64,000 nucleotides of DNA from Dudresnaya verticillata (Eukaryota). Location: the NCBI GenBank assembly GCA_977862235.1, contig OZ374557.1, positions 124,001 to 188,000 on the forward strand. The letters run 5' to 3'. A model generated the notes under the pieces. The model was not told the DNA's origin. It searched no databases and was given only the letters and a program-made list of their open reading frames with translations. A program made the translations under genes and the position numbers. Shown here piece by piece: positions 25,087 through 37,635 of this stretch (the stretch's first letter is position 1; each line of letters begins with the position of its first letter).

Positions 25087-26681
25087 CTATTTACCAACTG
25101 CGGAATCGCTAGAAAGTGCTGGAGTTAGAACTTCGTCATTTGCTAGGCCACCCACCTCCGCGCAAAGGGACTCCCCTACTGTCTGTACAAATGGCAGAGA
25201 AAATTCAATGCTTCCGAATACTTGATCAATGTTCGCTATTTCATTTGACCAAACACGCGGCGTCGCGTCCGTAGCTCTCCTCCACGATACTGAAAACGAT
25301 TGCAGGTCAGAAGGTGGTTTGAAAACCGTACGCTCTTTTTCCTGTCGGAGTAACAGTCTGTGCGTGAAACGGCGCTCTACCTTGTCCCATTCTCTGCTTT
25401 CCCTTAGTAAGACTGGGTGCGTACGATGTTTTGCAAGTGTGGCAACGTCCGCAGCAGCGTTCGCATGTATTGTAACGTAACTATGAGTTATTCCTCCTTC
25501 AAAGGGAGCAAAGCTGGAAGAAACGTGAATAATTGAAGCCTTTAGAGGGTTCACATCAAACTCGTAACTTCCTAACACTCTTAGGAGATCTCCACTAGTA
25601 GATGTTCCGCACTTTCTGGACATCTCCAGGCGATCGGGAACGGAATTAATTTTAACGCATTCGCATAGGCCTGAGAATGAAGGGACCACAATCATGAATG
25701 CCGTGCTTGCCGAAGACGGCACCTGTGTGTGGGAGAACGCCGAGAAGAACGTAGTCGCTTCCCGTTCGGTCTCATCCGCATGCCCTGAGCGACATGCTCG
25801 AACTGAGAAAGTGTGCAGTCTGCTTTGACTTTGATGGCCCTGCGAAGTATTCAATCGATTGATTCGCCCCTATTTAGTTGCCTTCCTTGCGATCGCACTT
25901 TCTTATCCGGACCGTACTGTATCGGATTCACAGGGCCTTGCAATCTGACACCTAGTTTATGTCATACACGCGTGATCACGCATCCGGTAGACGAACACAA
26001 ACAAGATGACACCACACTCCTTGGTATTTTTGATTCTTGCACTTCACACAATCTCCTGGAGTGTGTAACGAGTTCTCCCTTCACCATTTCGCGTTCTACT
26101 GCCATGTGTGCATGCGCCTCATGAATCATCCTAACATCCATACCGCAGCAAGAATCGAGACCCTTACTACCTTTCGCGGGCTCCATATGATTGCGCATAC
26201 GCGACGTTTCTCTCCAGTCCTCGTCTGACTCGGAATCTGCGTCCATAGCTGTTGCTTCTTCTTGCGCATACCGCCCAGGAATTATTAGCAGGGACGCGCT
26301 ATCGGGATCGGCCGAAACACCATCATTTGTACTTGAGATCTCTACACTCGGAGCAATCTTTAGCAGATAGTCTTCCAAAAACAAAGCGACGGAAACTGAT
26401 TCAGACCAGTGCTCTGTAGATGGGTACCGTATAGTTCCTCTGGCTAAGAAGTCTTTCATTTTCAATTCTGATTCTTCATCTGCAAACATGTGCACAATGT
26501 CTGCAAGGCACCACTGATCCGGACATCCCGGGAGTATATCCATAGACCATAGGACTTCGATGAAATCGCTTTTCCGCGGTACCGCATATGACTTGGTAGT
26601 CCTTCGCAATCTTGATGCATGCATCGTGAATGTTGTGAACATAGCTTGATGAAACAATACGGGACAAAGTTGGAGAGCCAC
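25087..26681 (-). pseudogene. Degenerate ORF with a Tudor/Agenet-like N-terminal motif; probable transposon accessory gene
   Basis: ORFs 25962..26681 and 25087..25854 are collinear; motif P..SDFIEVLW...W.LADI...GTIRY. Confidence 0.45.
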
Positions 26682-27785
26682 TTCTAGAGATCAGAAGCAT
26701 CTTAAGGGCAGCCCTGCACTTCTTGGAGGTGGAAAAGAGAATAGGGCTCCAAGTTGTTGAGAACAGGGCGTTCTGCGCAGCCTCCTAGCATGGTTTCTGC
26801 ATGCAGAAAAGCTGCTGTACAAAATCGAAATCGATATTAAAAGCACGATCGCACTAGAGTACCGCGAAGTCCAGAGACAGGAAACCTCTAACAACCAGAA
26901 CTGGTGCTATATCGATATGATAAAATGATAGATGTGTATGACCTCAGGCCAGACACCTATCGATGTGCGCAGTGCACCTAGATCAGTATGAATTATTGCA
27001 CCGCGACAATAATGTAATATGGTGTGACAAGTACAACTCCTGATGCGCTGTCTATCGAGGGCAATCTGACGACATTGAAAGCCATCACGCGATGGCTCTC
27101 AATCTCGGTTGCCGGCGCACGCTGCCCGGAGACCCCCCGCTCGCGGTATTCCGACTGCAGTAGTAAGTTAATCGATCATGATCGGAACTCTGCACTGCAG
27201 AGCTCGCCACGTTTAAAGGATTGTATTGGTGCAGCACCTGCCAAGGTAGCTCTAATTCCCTTAAGGTTGAATAATTCTATACTTCCCAGTTGCGTTCACG
27301 AGCTCGATCAGGATAGGGCTGGATCCAATCGAATCGAATCGATTGATTCTGATGAATTGAATTGAGAAATCATCATCTTATGAAGGACAGATTCCCCATC
27401 ACATCCTTCCCGCTTGAAAGAAAAAGCTGCTGAAGCCTCGACACATAATGCGTTCATTGTGGGCTGAGACAGTCGATAGATTTCCCACCAAGTAAGTTGC
27501 GGGAGAGCAATACCGAAACGATAGCGCGTTTGAAAACGAAACGGACCACGTCCATCGCCCAGTGTTGCGCCCACATAAATGTGTAACAGTGCTGCGTCAG
27601 AAATAGACATGGAAACGAGAACAGAATACCCTATTTTAATGCGATACCGGGCTCCACAGCGGAGATCTCCGGGTTGTAAGTCTTCAACCCTTCATTTCCG
27701 AGTTCTGAACAGAATAATAGCCTCTGAAATTGTTTTTCACTTCTCGGCGCGCTGTTTCTACATCTTAGAGTACCGAACGTTCAGA

Positions 27786-30195
27786 ATGACGGGTTGTTCG
27801 ACTCAGCGGAAGAAACAGATATCAGCGCAGAAGATGAAAGCGTACAAGGAAGCTGCTGAGGCTAAACGCACATCGGTACCAAGGTATATTCAGGCTACAC
27901 GGGTCTCTCCTCTCTCTACATCAAAGCGAACTACTTCTCCCAGTCAGGAAAGACGTCCTTCCGAACGTAATGATCATCGCAGGACTGCCAGAAAATCTTC
28001 GAAGCTCGAAGAGCTTGCCAAGATGAAAACAAGAGCTCTTCAACCATCAATTGTGCTGCCTGAGAGACGATCTTCAACCGGTTCCGGAACGGGCTCGAAA
28101 AGGGTCTTCGTGGTCGTCCCTGCAGAGAAACTGGCTCCAAATGGACAACATTTCTGTCGTGATGAAGATATGCCGACGAAGAAACGAAAGTCCCTGAAAA
28201 CACCCCCGCCACACTCGAGAAGCGCGGAAGAGGAACGCGCAGTCTCTCAACGCACTTCAAAGAATCCATCACCAGCAAAAAGGAACCCTGCAAATATTGC
28301 GACTGACGGGAATGGAGATGCAGAGGTTTGTGATGAAGATGACCTGCTGGCCCCGCTCTCGCCAGATCAACTGCGAGGTCCCAGTTCTGGATCTACCGAT
28401 CAACCCATGGGTCAGTGTACTGTGATTCGCCCTGGACTACAGGGAAGCGAAGATTTCTCTACCGAAAGTGAATATAAAATGATGAAACGCTCCGTTCCCG
28501 AGGCCGAAGTGCTGCGAAATGCGACAGAACGACAGTTGCTCAAGTACTCGCGAACGCGATTGAACCGGAATTCATCGGATCTTTCAGAGATTGGTGAAAA
28601 TGCTGCCACTCTCAAGGCACAGAAGAGAAAGCTACAAGCTTTCAAGAAGGAGATCTCCGCTGATATCAAGTCGCACAACCAACGCATGATGAGCATTACG
28701 AGACAGGTCCTCCTAGTTGTAAAGAATCTTGCAGGCGACGCTGCAGACCTCCGTGGGCATATGCAGATTCTTGGCTCGAATAATAAGGGTGGTGATACCT
28801 CACAAAATTCCAAGAGAATAACAGCTTCTCAGTTTCATAACAAATTGGACGCGCTGACGCCTTCTGTGAACGCATTATTCTCACCTGGGCTCCTTTCTAG
28901 AGTTCTGTCGTACAATGTACCCATTTTTGTGAACAAAATATATTGATGCAAAGACGGAAGTGCCCAGCTTAAGGCATCCACTGTGATGGCATCTCTGCTC
29001 TTCAGCTTATGGCCCAAGGAGACCCGCAATCTGTGGGAGACCGGCATAGGGAAGATGCACTGTGATTTCCGTTACACGGTTGTACGCAATCTTTTCTTCA
29101 ATGTATCAAAGGATACCTTCAATCTGTTCAGAGAACAAGAATCCCAGACTGCGGCAATGGACGATTCTGGGAATATGAAGACGGCGACCGCAACACTCAG
29201 AAGATCCCACTATGGGGAAAAGGTTTGAAAAGTTCTCATGGCATGGTCGCTGAGACTCCGGGATCCTTGAGGCGCGACCAAATGAAGATAGCTCGCCCGA
29301 AGTGGTTGCTTCCCGGTTATGTCAGTTCTGATAACGTGCTACAGGCTCGCTTGATTTAGGAACGGGTTAAGAAGACTCGAGACGGCCCCTCTTCCGGGAT
29401 TTCTGTAAAGGAGACGCCCACTGAAGAGGACATCGCCACACATGGGTCACTCCGAGTATACGGAGTTCTGGGTTCCCATCTGCATTCCTCCCGTGAGAAC
29501 GTTAAACAATCCTTTTGCGCTTCACAGGCATCAGGAAGGGAGATCGAATCTGCGGGAAATAGTGTCTTTTCGCCGGAAGACGTTCCGAAGGCCAATGTGT
29601 GCCCTATACGTAGTGACGAGAAAAGAATACTGGAAGAGGGCGCTGAGAATCTTCGAACCCTAAAGGGTCTTTCTGAGAGCTGGCATAACTTCGTCCTGTA
29701 CGCTAGTTATCAGGTTGAAGTGGTTTCTGGTCCCCGCAACCAACGGAAGAATGAAAGGACTGAGAAAAAGATCCTCGTGATATTCACATGGTGGAGGCTG
29801 CCATTTCGTTTTGCATTGAGTACTGCCACGCACAGAGCGTCTCTCAGCTTCTCCGAACGCATGAATCTTCTTTCCAATCTGTGATGGTTGTGGCGTTGTT
29901 GTTCAAAGGGCTCACTGAACCGTTTCTGAGTAAGAGCCATGTGAGGGCCGGGCAGATCTGCAATTCTTCAGACATTGCCTCGGGAGGCCTATGCCTACAA
30001 GATTTGCTTCCTGGAGAGTACAATAGGAATACGTTTTTCGAGAACAAATGCGTTCGCATGGCAATGACGGAGTTTGAGAGGCTGCATTATGTTGGAATGC
30101 AAAATGATCTCCCCTTCGAGGAAGATCGGTGTGATGTAGAATCTGGCGGCAAGGATATATCTGCAGACGAAGATGAAGGTATTGGTTGCATGTGA
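27786..30195 (+). pseudogene. Long degenerate ORF convergent with the transposase (basic disordered N-terminus, coiled coil, helical C-terminus)
   Basis: Successive ORFs 27579..28946, 28983..29228, 29597..29884 and 29788..30195 are separated by stops and frameshifts. Confidence 0.55.
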
Positions 30196-30353
30196 GTCCC
30201 AGTTCTGGTATTAATTGCGCTCGTGGCAAGTTCTACAAAGTAGACAAATCTTGATGTAGGGTGTATCCATCGCATCTTGTATACGACCGTCTGTAGAGGT
30301 ATATATCTCTACTATATTACTGACAACCTATGCCACAGAGCTATTGCAGTAGC

Positions 30354-33300
30354 TTAAGCTATTCTTGGTGGGTACCCATTGAGCCTTCTCTGAAGGACCA
30401 TGTTTCCACCCGTAAGGAGGTTAGGCAAATGCGATACCAACCTCCTCTTCAAATCAATTTGGCAACGGGTTCGTGAGTCGCCTCTGTCCGGTTGCGCATG
30501 GCTTTCGTGATATAGGGCAACTCTACGGACAGCATGACGAAGCTCACGAGCTGTATAGCGGAAGATGTAAGAGGTCTCTTGATTTTCACGTATCCTCCTT
30601 GTTGGACACGACAACCCTTGCAAATCGCCCATGGAATTTCACTGTGCCGTTGCAAGATTGCGACAATGCAATATATTTGGAGTTCTCCCTCAGCGATGAA
30701 ATTGGCTGTAACAACTTTCCATTCTTCTTACGGGGATCAAGGTAAGCCTGTCCCGCAGTTCCAGCACAACTTGTATCGTAGCAAGCTGGCGTGCCAACTA
30801 GATCCCCCTTTTCTGTGACACGACTTCGTCTTGCAGTGCTATACAGTCTGAACAGTGTTTCTGTGTTAGTCCCTTTCAAAAGTTCGTTAGAAGGGTGCGC
30901 TACATTCAGGAATTCAGTTATTTCTGACATAAAGCGTCCGATAACCTGTTCAGGAACAGCAATTGCGTTTGCTATATTACCTGAAGTATTTGCCTTTCTT
31001 GGTACCCATACAGAACTTTTGTCAAGGGCGAAGTTGCATATCCTGCCATTGCAATTCATTTGCCAAATGCATGTTTTTGTAAACTGTTGCGTAATAGTAG
31101 AGTTGAGCTCTCGTATATGGTCCTTCTGTTCAGATTCTTTCAGTTCATTTGCTTGTTCACCATAGAATAGACGACGAATATATCGGTATTGAATATCGAT
31201 TTCCTGCACATTTCCTGGGTTCCCATGCTCCCTGGTGGCCAGCACCCTCCCCTGCCAGTCGTTGGTCCGACAGTGCTCCACTGCAGACAGATAAACATCC
31301 TTCTGGTTGCTTCTCGATATACACCGCTTCAATGGTTAATGAGCACACTCAAAAACTAACTCCATGAACTTCCTGACATGACCGAAAGCAGGGATGCTAT
31401 GTTCATATACTTCGAGCAAGCGATGAAGGTTTGGCCTATCCAAATGCTTTCTTACATCACTGTGCATAGAGCATAAAAATGAAACACTTTCCACGTACTC
31501 CTTTGACAAAAACTTCAGTTCTGAGAGGTACTCCTCGTTTTTGTTGAGCAATAGGTCCTCTGCGCTAGGTCCATCCAGCTCTTTTCGAGCCGACCAGTAC
31601 GTGAAAGCTACCAGACTCTGGAGCTGTTGCAGTACCTTAACAATATTGTGAAATGTCTCGTCGTCACCGGAAATTTGAGAACTCATCACTGAATATACGG
31701 GGACCGAGACGAGGAAGACGCAAAGAACTGAAGATAAACTCATGCTGAGCAGCTTTTTCTTGTTGTGGTTAGAACTTCATTCTGTACGAGGAGGCCATTG
31801 TCGCGCAAACAGGCGCATATGCGTAGATCAACCTCTGCACGTTTTTCGTTGGAAAGTAGAGAAGTATACATAGCATTTACAATGTTTTTTGGCAAACCCT
31901 GTCAGGAGATGGTCTGGAGCCACAAAGCTGGACAGATAGGGGTCGAAGAGTGCAAAAGCCACGCGGTTTCTTTGGCTGTCGAGCGGCATTTTCCCATCCG
32001 TTGCTTAAACGAACGGTGAACGTAGAGAAGGGGACATGTGCCGTCAGATACCATTGCATTTGCCTTCTTTCCAAGCCTATTAGCATCGGTGTCAGCCACT
32101 GAACTCTGCCGAAGTGCCTGATGCCTGTCACTTAATCGTAGAAAGGATGAATTGCTTGAATGTGTCGTTGTTGTATATCCGAATCTTGTACCAGTTGTGT
32201 CCTGAACAGATAGTCTTCTGAATGTGTACAAGGTTCATGGAGAGGAACCAATGTGTCCAATGACATCAACTGTTCCGGCAGAAGCGGTATAGTCCCCGAT
32301 GAACCCGACTACATCCATGAAAATGGTAATCCTTTCGCCGTTCGGCGCAAAGCCCTCTACACCTGTAGTACTCGATACCATGAGATCTTCGGTTATGTAC
32401 TTGAGAATTTTATTCGATGATACACCTGGACGTGTGAGTCCAACTATCCGAGCGGAAGATTATTTTCGCCTTGCGTGAGGGGGATCGACAACTGCAAGAG
32501 ATAAAAACCGCCAGCAGATGATGACGGACCCATCATTGAAGACTTTTGAAAGTCATCAAAGTATAAGAGAACTCTGTAAACGACATACTTGGAGCCATCC
32601 TGCAGCCGTCCGAACGGCCGTGCTCCAGATTCCCAGCCACGTAGCTGTGCTCTTCGAGCTACTAGACTAGAAGAACCTCTTACCATTCTGACTCGCCGAA
32701 CGGGGTGCCATTTGTACATAGAACTCGACTGCCCAGCCTCCAATGGTATCCAGCATATAAGTTTAGATGGCATGTCAGGCCGTACGCTCCAGTATCTATG
32801 AACGAGGATAGCTGAAGCTCGCTGGGACCCTGTTGTCCGTTCGGGACGCAGTAGTGTGCATATGTCTCCTGGCATAACTGCAGTATCTGCCAAGCCTTTC
32901 TCCGGATTTTTCCCTGTACAGAAGCTTTTAATCACGTTCTTCTCAACAACAGACGGGCTGGAATATAATGCCTTATTGAAGCTCATGGTTTCTTTGCCCT
33001 CTGCAGCAACGCACCACGAGGACAACGTTAAAGTCTTGAAACGTACCCATTTACAGTTCTGGACAGACCATACCCCGTGTCGAAGCTTGGTCTCTCACTG
33101 GTTACATCAACCGACACAATAGACCCACTGGTACATATCTCCTCTTGATTTGTGGCTTCGCAGTCAGAGCATTATACATATATGTATTCACCCAACGACA
33201 TCAGTCGCTCCCGATGCATGACCACTTTAGACCTGTTCAAGAAAGTATTATTGCTTCCAGAATTTTCACCGGATACGAACGACGGGTACATCTGCTTGAA

Positions 33301-34511
33301 TAGGAATGGCGCTCCGACATCTAGCTTCGCCCAAGAGCTTGGAAATACGACCCTGATTTTCTCAGTGTCATCTGTGATCGCATCTCCTTCCGTGCTGAAC
33401 GGCGTTCGCGTATTGTTTGTTGTACTGCTCTGTCCATGAAGGTGTTCAGCATCTTCTTGACCTAGATCCTGGACTTATTCGACAGATGCATCCCTTGTCA
33501 GAGACAGTTGTCCAGCGCCTTTCTTTGGCAGAGTGACCAGCTCACTCAACGGAAGCATGACATCACGAGGGACATGAAATACCGGTGCACACGTTTGTAC
33601 GGAGGCATAGACACAAAGCCTGTTCCGCTATTCATTTCCTCCATCAATTTATTTAAAAGCTCATATTGGAGTACGGTATAGCGAACGCTTCCAACCACGC
33701 AAGTAATTGCTGTTAAATTCATGCGCGAGTTCCACATCCTCAGAAGCTTTTTAAGCTGCTTCCTTCCCACATCCCTTGGAGTAAATCTTACAGATTCCAC
33801 TGATAATTGATGCAATACAGGTTCCTGGGATTCTGCCTCTTGGGTGGTTTCGAGTCGCTCAGGGCTGCAAGGAATTTTTCCCTCGGCTGTACCCACTTCA
33901 TCAGGGATCGGTGAATACTCGATGTTTCCCTCGCCACGGCGACCTGCAGGTCGATGGACTGTGTCCTCTTCATCCGAGTTCTCATCGCCGACTCGTTCTC
34001 GCAATTGGTGGAGTATGTTAGCACCAGTGCTCATGTGTTCATCTCTGAACGCTTCGAAATGATTTTCCTGCTGGTCAGCTTCATCTCTGAAGGTTTCGAA
34101 ATGATTCTCGGGAAGCGGATCCTGTTCAGCTTCATCAATAGGACTAATCCTTGCTTTATCCTCCTCCTGCATTGATTTAGTAGGATGCAGAATCATTGAC
34201 GATTCAATGTCACAGTGCTGTTCAGCAGGTGAACGAATCAAGTGATCATATTGCTCTTCATGACCGGATGAGTGCTGAGGCTGCGTACCGGGCGAGAGAG
34301 CACTACCGGAGTACTCCCGCCTTATTTTTGTTCTTGATGAATTTTCCCTAACGGCTTCAAGCCACGTATACTGGGAGTTCCGTCTCCTCCTCTTCCCGTT
34401 ACCTTCGCTCTGCATTTCAAAATGATGATACGAAACTGAATTGACATTTGGGATCACCAGGCCTGGTGCTCTGGAGCTCCTAGCGGTTTGTTGTCGAAAA
34501 CTCGTTTGCAC
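30354..34511 (-). pseudogene. CMC (CACTA/EnSpm, Plavaka-like) DDE transposase, disrupted
   Basis: LLYFDDF...SAGGFYL (D1); GFIGDYTA...IGH...P*TL (D2 plus H/C motif, hand-translated 32220-32460); RPNLHRL...IPAFGH...ELVFECAH (E; cf. CACTA PxxH..FGP..FER). Confidence 0.7.
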
Positions 34512-36549
34512 TTTGCAGTTTGAACTGCGATGATGTCATCAACTCTAATTGTGTGAATAAGCAGAAGGCATCTGCTGCACGCACCGCACGGTAAGGGGAA
34601 GGAAAGTCATAAGCAAGATTATTAAATACCAATCCCCGAGAACGCACTGGAGACAAGAGATCTCTTCGCATCGCTGAGTCAGAAGGCGAACCTCGCTTGG
34701 TCTAGTGAGAGATAACAAAAGATATTAATATCACAATTGTGCACACAAGTCATTGTTATTACTGGTGCTCCACAGGCGACGTTTCGGGCACTACTAATGT
34801 TTTACGTACGTCACATTGATATTAATGAGAAATATATGTGCGCTACAGAACTATTACTTTACTTTTCTGTGGAGTTCCTATTATAAACTGTTCAGTGCAC
34901 TGGCATGTCGAGATATTGCATAATGATGCGAGCCGTCAATTTGTGGATATTGATGCGAGTCATCAATTTTGTGGAGGACGGATGCTTTCCGCTGTTCGGT
35001 GTGAACTGGTCTGTGTAGCTGTCAATATGTTGAGTGCACATAGCTGGAACGTTAGACGACATGCTCTACTCCTCATTATCGATAAAATCAATACTGTATA
35101 ATATCACTTCACATCCTCGGTGAAAGGTATTGATATGCTGGTTGACACGCGGAGCTGCATTCATAATCCTGTGTAGGAAACCTGAACAGGTGCAATAAAT
35201 CCATCAGTTTGACAATTACTCTTAATTTCTATTCTGATGAAAATGAAAGCCTTAACAATTATGCGTGGCTTTCATTGCAATGTCAGGCCGAGGCTCGTCA
35301 CACAATTGTTGTATGATTAATCAGTTCCGTTAATGGTGATTGCATTGCAGCACGTATCGTTATTATATTTCGAATTCATTTAAACACATGTATACATACA
35401 CTTGCAGCGACGATTCCAATTGTTAACAAATCAGGACGAGTTATTGCATGGAGCCCTCACACTTCCTGTTGGACCAAGCGGAATTCATAATTCATAAAAC
35501 GTCGTCCAGGGTTTTTCTGAAGGATCTCACTGCGTATTTGTGTACCGCAGGCTATTATGGCCAAATAGTATTGCGTACGAACAGTCAAAAGCGTAGATTC
35601 AGACTGTAAAAGAATATAGGTAACTGTGATGCCAATTGCCATGCAGGATGTGGCAGCAGACGCCCATCACTCCTGGCCATAAACCATAAATGAATCCAAA
35701 TTGTTAACACATTGGGTAATGCCTCATGGAGCATATTTTTAGATGCCTCACTGCAGCCAAATATTATGCGTACGCACGGACAAAACTCATATATACGATT
35801 CATGTGCATGTCGCAGACAAAATTACATATATGTTGTTTCCACCGTCACATATGTAACACCTGTTACATATGTTATAGATGTATGGGGCGCGCACCCCCA
35901 CGTTGCGCAACGCAATAAAACATGGCATGGGTACAGTACTGTACAATAAGGGTTGTCAATGGCCTTGTCCCCCGAGGCGATAAAAAGTGATGGCTCAGGA
36001 TACTCTATTGCAGGATCATCAGAAAAAGCAGCCTACGCTTGCCTTCCTGTCGCGTCGAGGCGAACGATCGTTGGAGCCAGTGTGGTACATTCTATTGGCA
36101 CTTGTCAAAAGCGTTGGCCAGATCACTCGCCTCGTGACGAATTGACGATTAAACCGTTGCCTTTTATTGTGTGCACATTTTAATTCGGCCAAGTGTTCTC
36201 GTATTGGGAACACCTGCCTATTATTGGCACATCCCTTTTGATATCATTTCGTATCAAATCTGAGCGACAGTGGCCTCAAGAGCGCCCCGACGAGCGCTCA
36301 TGCGCTCCTGTTGTCGTCGCACGCCTGCGCGCGCCGCGGCGCTGGATCTTTGAGCCGCAGCCGCCCGCGGCCGAGCCCGCCCGTGCTCTGGAATGATCAG
36401 CGAACGCTTGATATCAGCGCTCCGAGACCGGCCGCCTCACCCGCCGACTAGGATTACATAGCTGTTCTTCCCTTTGCTATCGCGAACACGCCCGCTTTGC
36501 TCCTGCATCTCCGCGGATTCTGTTACTCTGCGTTGCACACCTTCCTTCC

Positions 36550-37625
36550 CCGCCCGCCCGCTTCGCTTCGCCCTGGCCGCTCGCTGCTGTTGACCTAGAG
36601 GCAGGTACTCGCTGCGCCCACCGGCCTGGCTCGCTTGCTCACTCGCCCACTTCACGCGATCGCGTCGCCCTGGTCCCTCTCTGATTTTGGCCTACTCGCC
36701 GCGTCCTTCCGACTGGCTGCAGCCAGTGGCCTGCTCGTTCGCCCGCCTCGCGTCGCCGTGGTCGCTTGTGCTGCTGTTACTCTCCGTTCCGCAGCTCTCC
36801 CCGCCCGCCCGCCTCGCGTTGCCCGCATCGCTTCTGCTGAAGGAAACTGTGCTCGACGCACCGCGCCCGATCGTTTGGCGCGCTTCTTCTCATGGCTGAC
36901 TCGCTCGCCCGTCCACTTCGCATCGCCGTGGTCGCTCTCGCTCGCCCGTACGCTTCCCATCGCCGTGGTCGCTCTCGCTCGCCCGTCCGCTTCGCATCGC
37001 CGTGGTCGCTTTCGCTCGCCCTTCCGCTTCGCATCGCCGTGGTCGCTCTCGTTTCCCTACTCGCCGCGGCCGCTCACCTGGCTCGCTTCCCCCCCGCCAG
37101 CTTCACGCGATCGCATCGCCTTGGCTGCTCGCTGTCTGTTGACCTACTCTCCGCGCTCGCCCGCCTGTCTGGCTCGCTCTCCCGCCCAATTTTCGTCGCC
37201 TTGGTTGATCGCTGTTGCCCTATTCGCCGCTCCCGCTCACCTTGCGTCGCCGTGGGCGCTTGTGCTGCTTTTATTCTGCGTTCCACACCTTCCTACAACA
37301 CTCGCCCGCCTCGCGTTACCTGGATCGTTTCTGTTGCTACTCGCTACTCGCCGCGCCCGCTCATGTGGCTCGCTTACTCGCCTGGTTGGCTCGTTTGCCC
37401 GCCCGCTTCGCATCGCCCGTGTCGCTTCTGCCGCTGTGCTCTACTCGCCGCGCCCACTCGTCTGGCTCGCTTGCTCGCCTATCCGGCTCGCTCGCCCACC
37501 CGCTTCGCGTCGCCCTGGATACTTTCTGCTGTTGACCTATTCGCCGTGCCCGCTCGCCTGGCTGCCTCGCTCGCCCGCCAGCCCGCTTCACTGGATCGCG
37601 TCGCCCCGGTCGCTAGCTGCTGTTT
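36550..37625. repeat. C-rich degenerate minisatellite containing four near-perfect 37-bp units (36901-37051)
   Basis: Unit CGCTTCGCATCGCCGTGGTCGCTCTCGCTCGCCCGTC starts at 36914, 36951, 36988 and 37025; flanking longer units share CTACTCGCCGCGCCC..CTGGCTCGC. Confidence 0.85.
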
Positions 37626-37635
37626 GGATATCGAC

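Noticed and set aside
23020..36100. TIRs for the CMC-like element
   Set aside because: Only short (~10 nt) inverted matches such as TGCGCAACGT; no CACTA/CAC termini with a TSD were found by eye.
36901..37051. 37-bp repeats as a CRISPR array
   Set aside because: Head-to-tail units with no unique spacers, no cas genes and a eukaryotic context.
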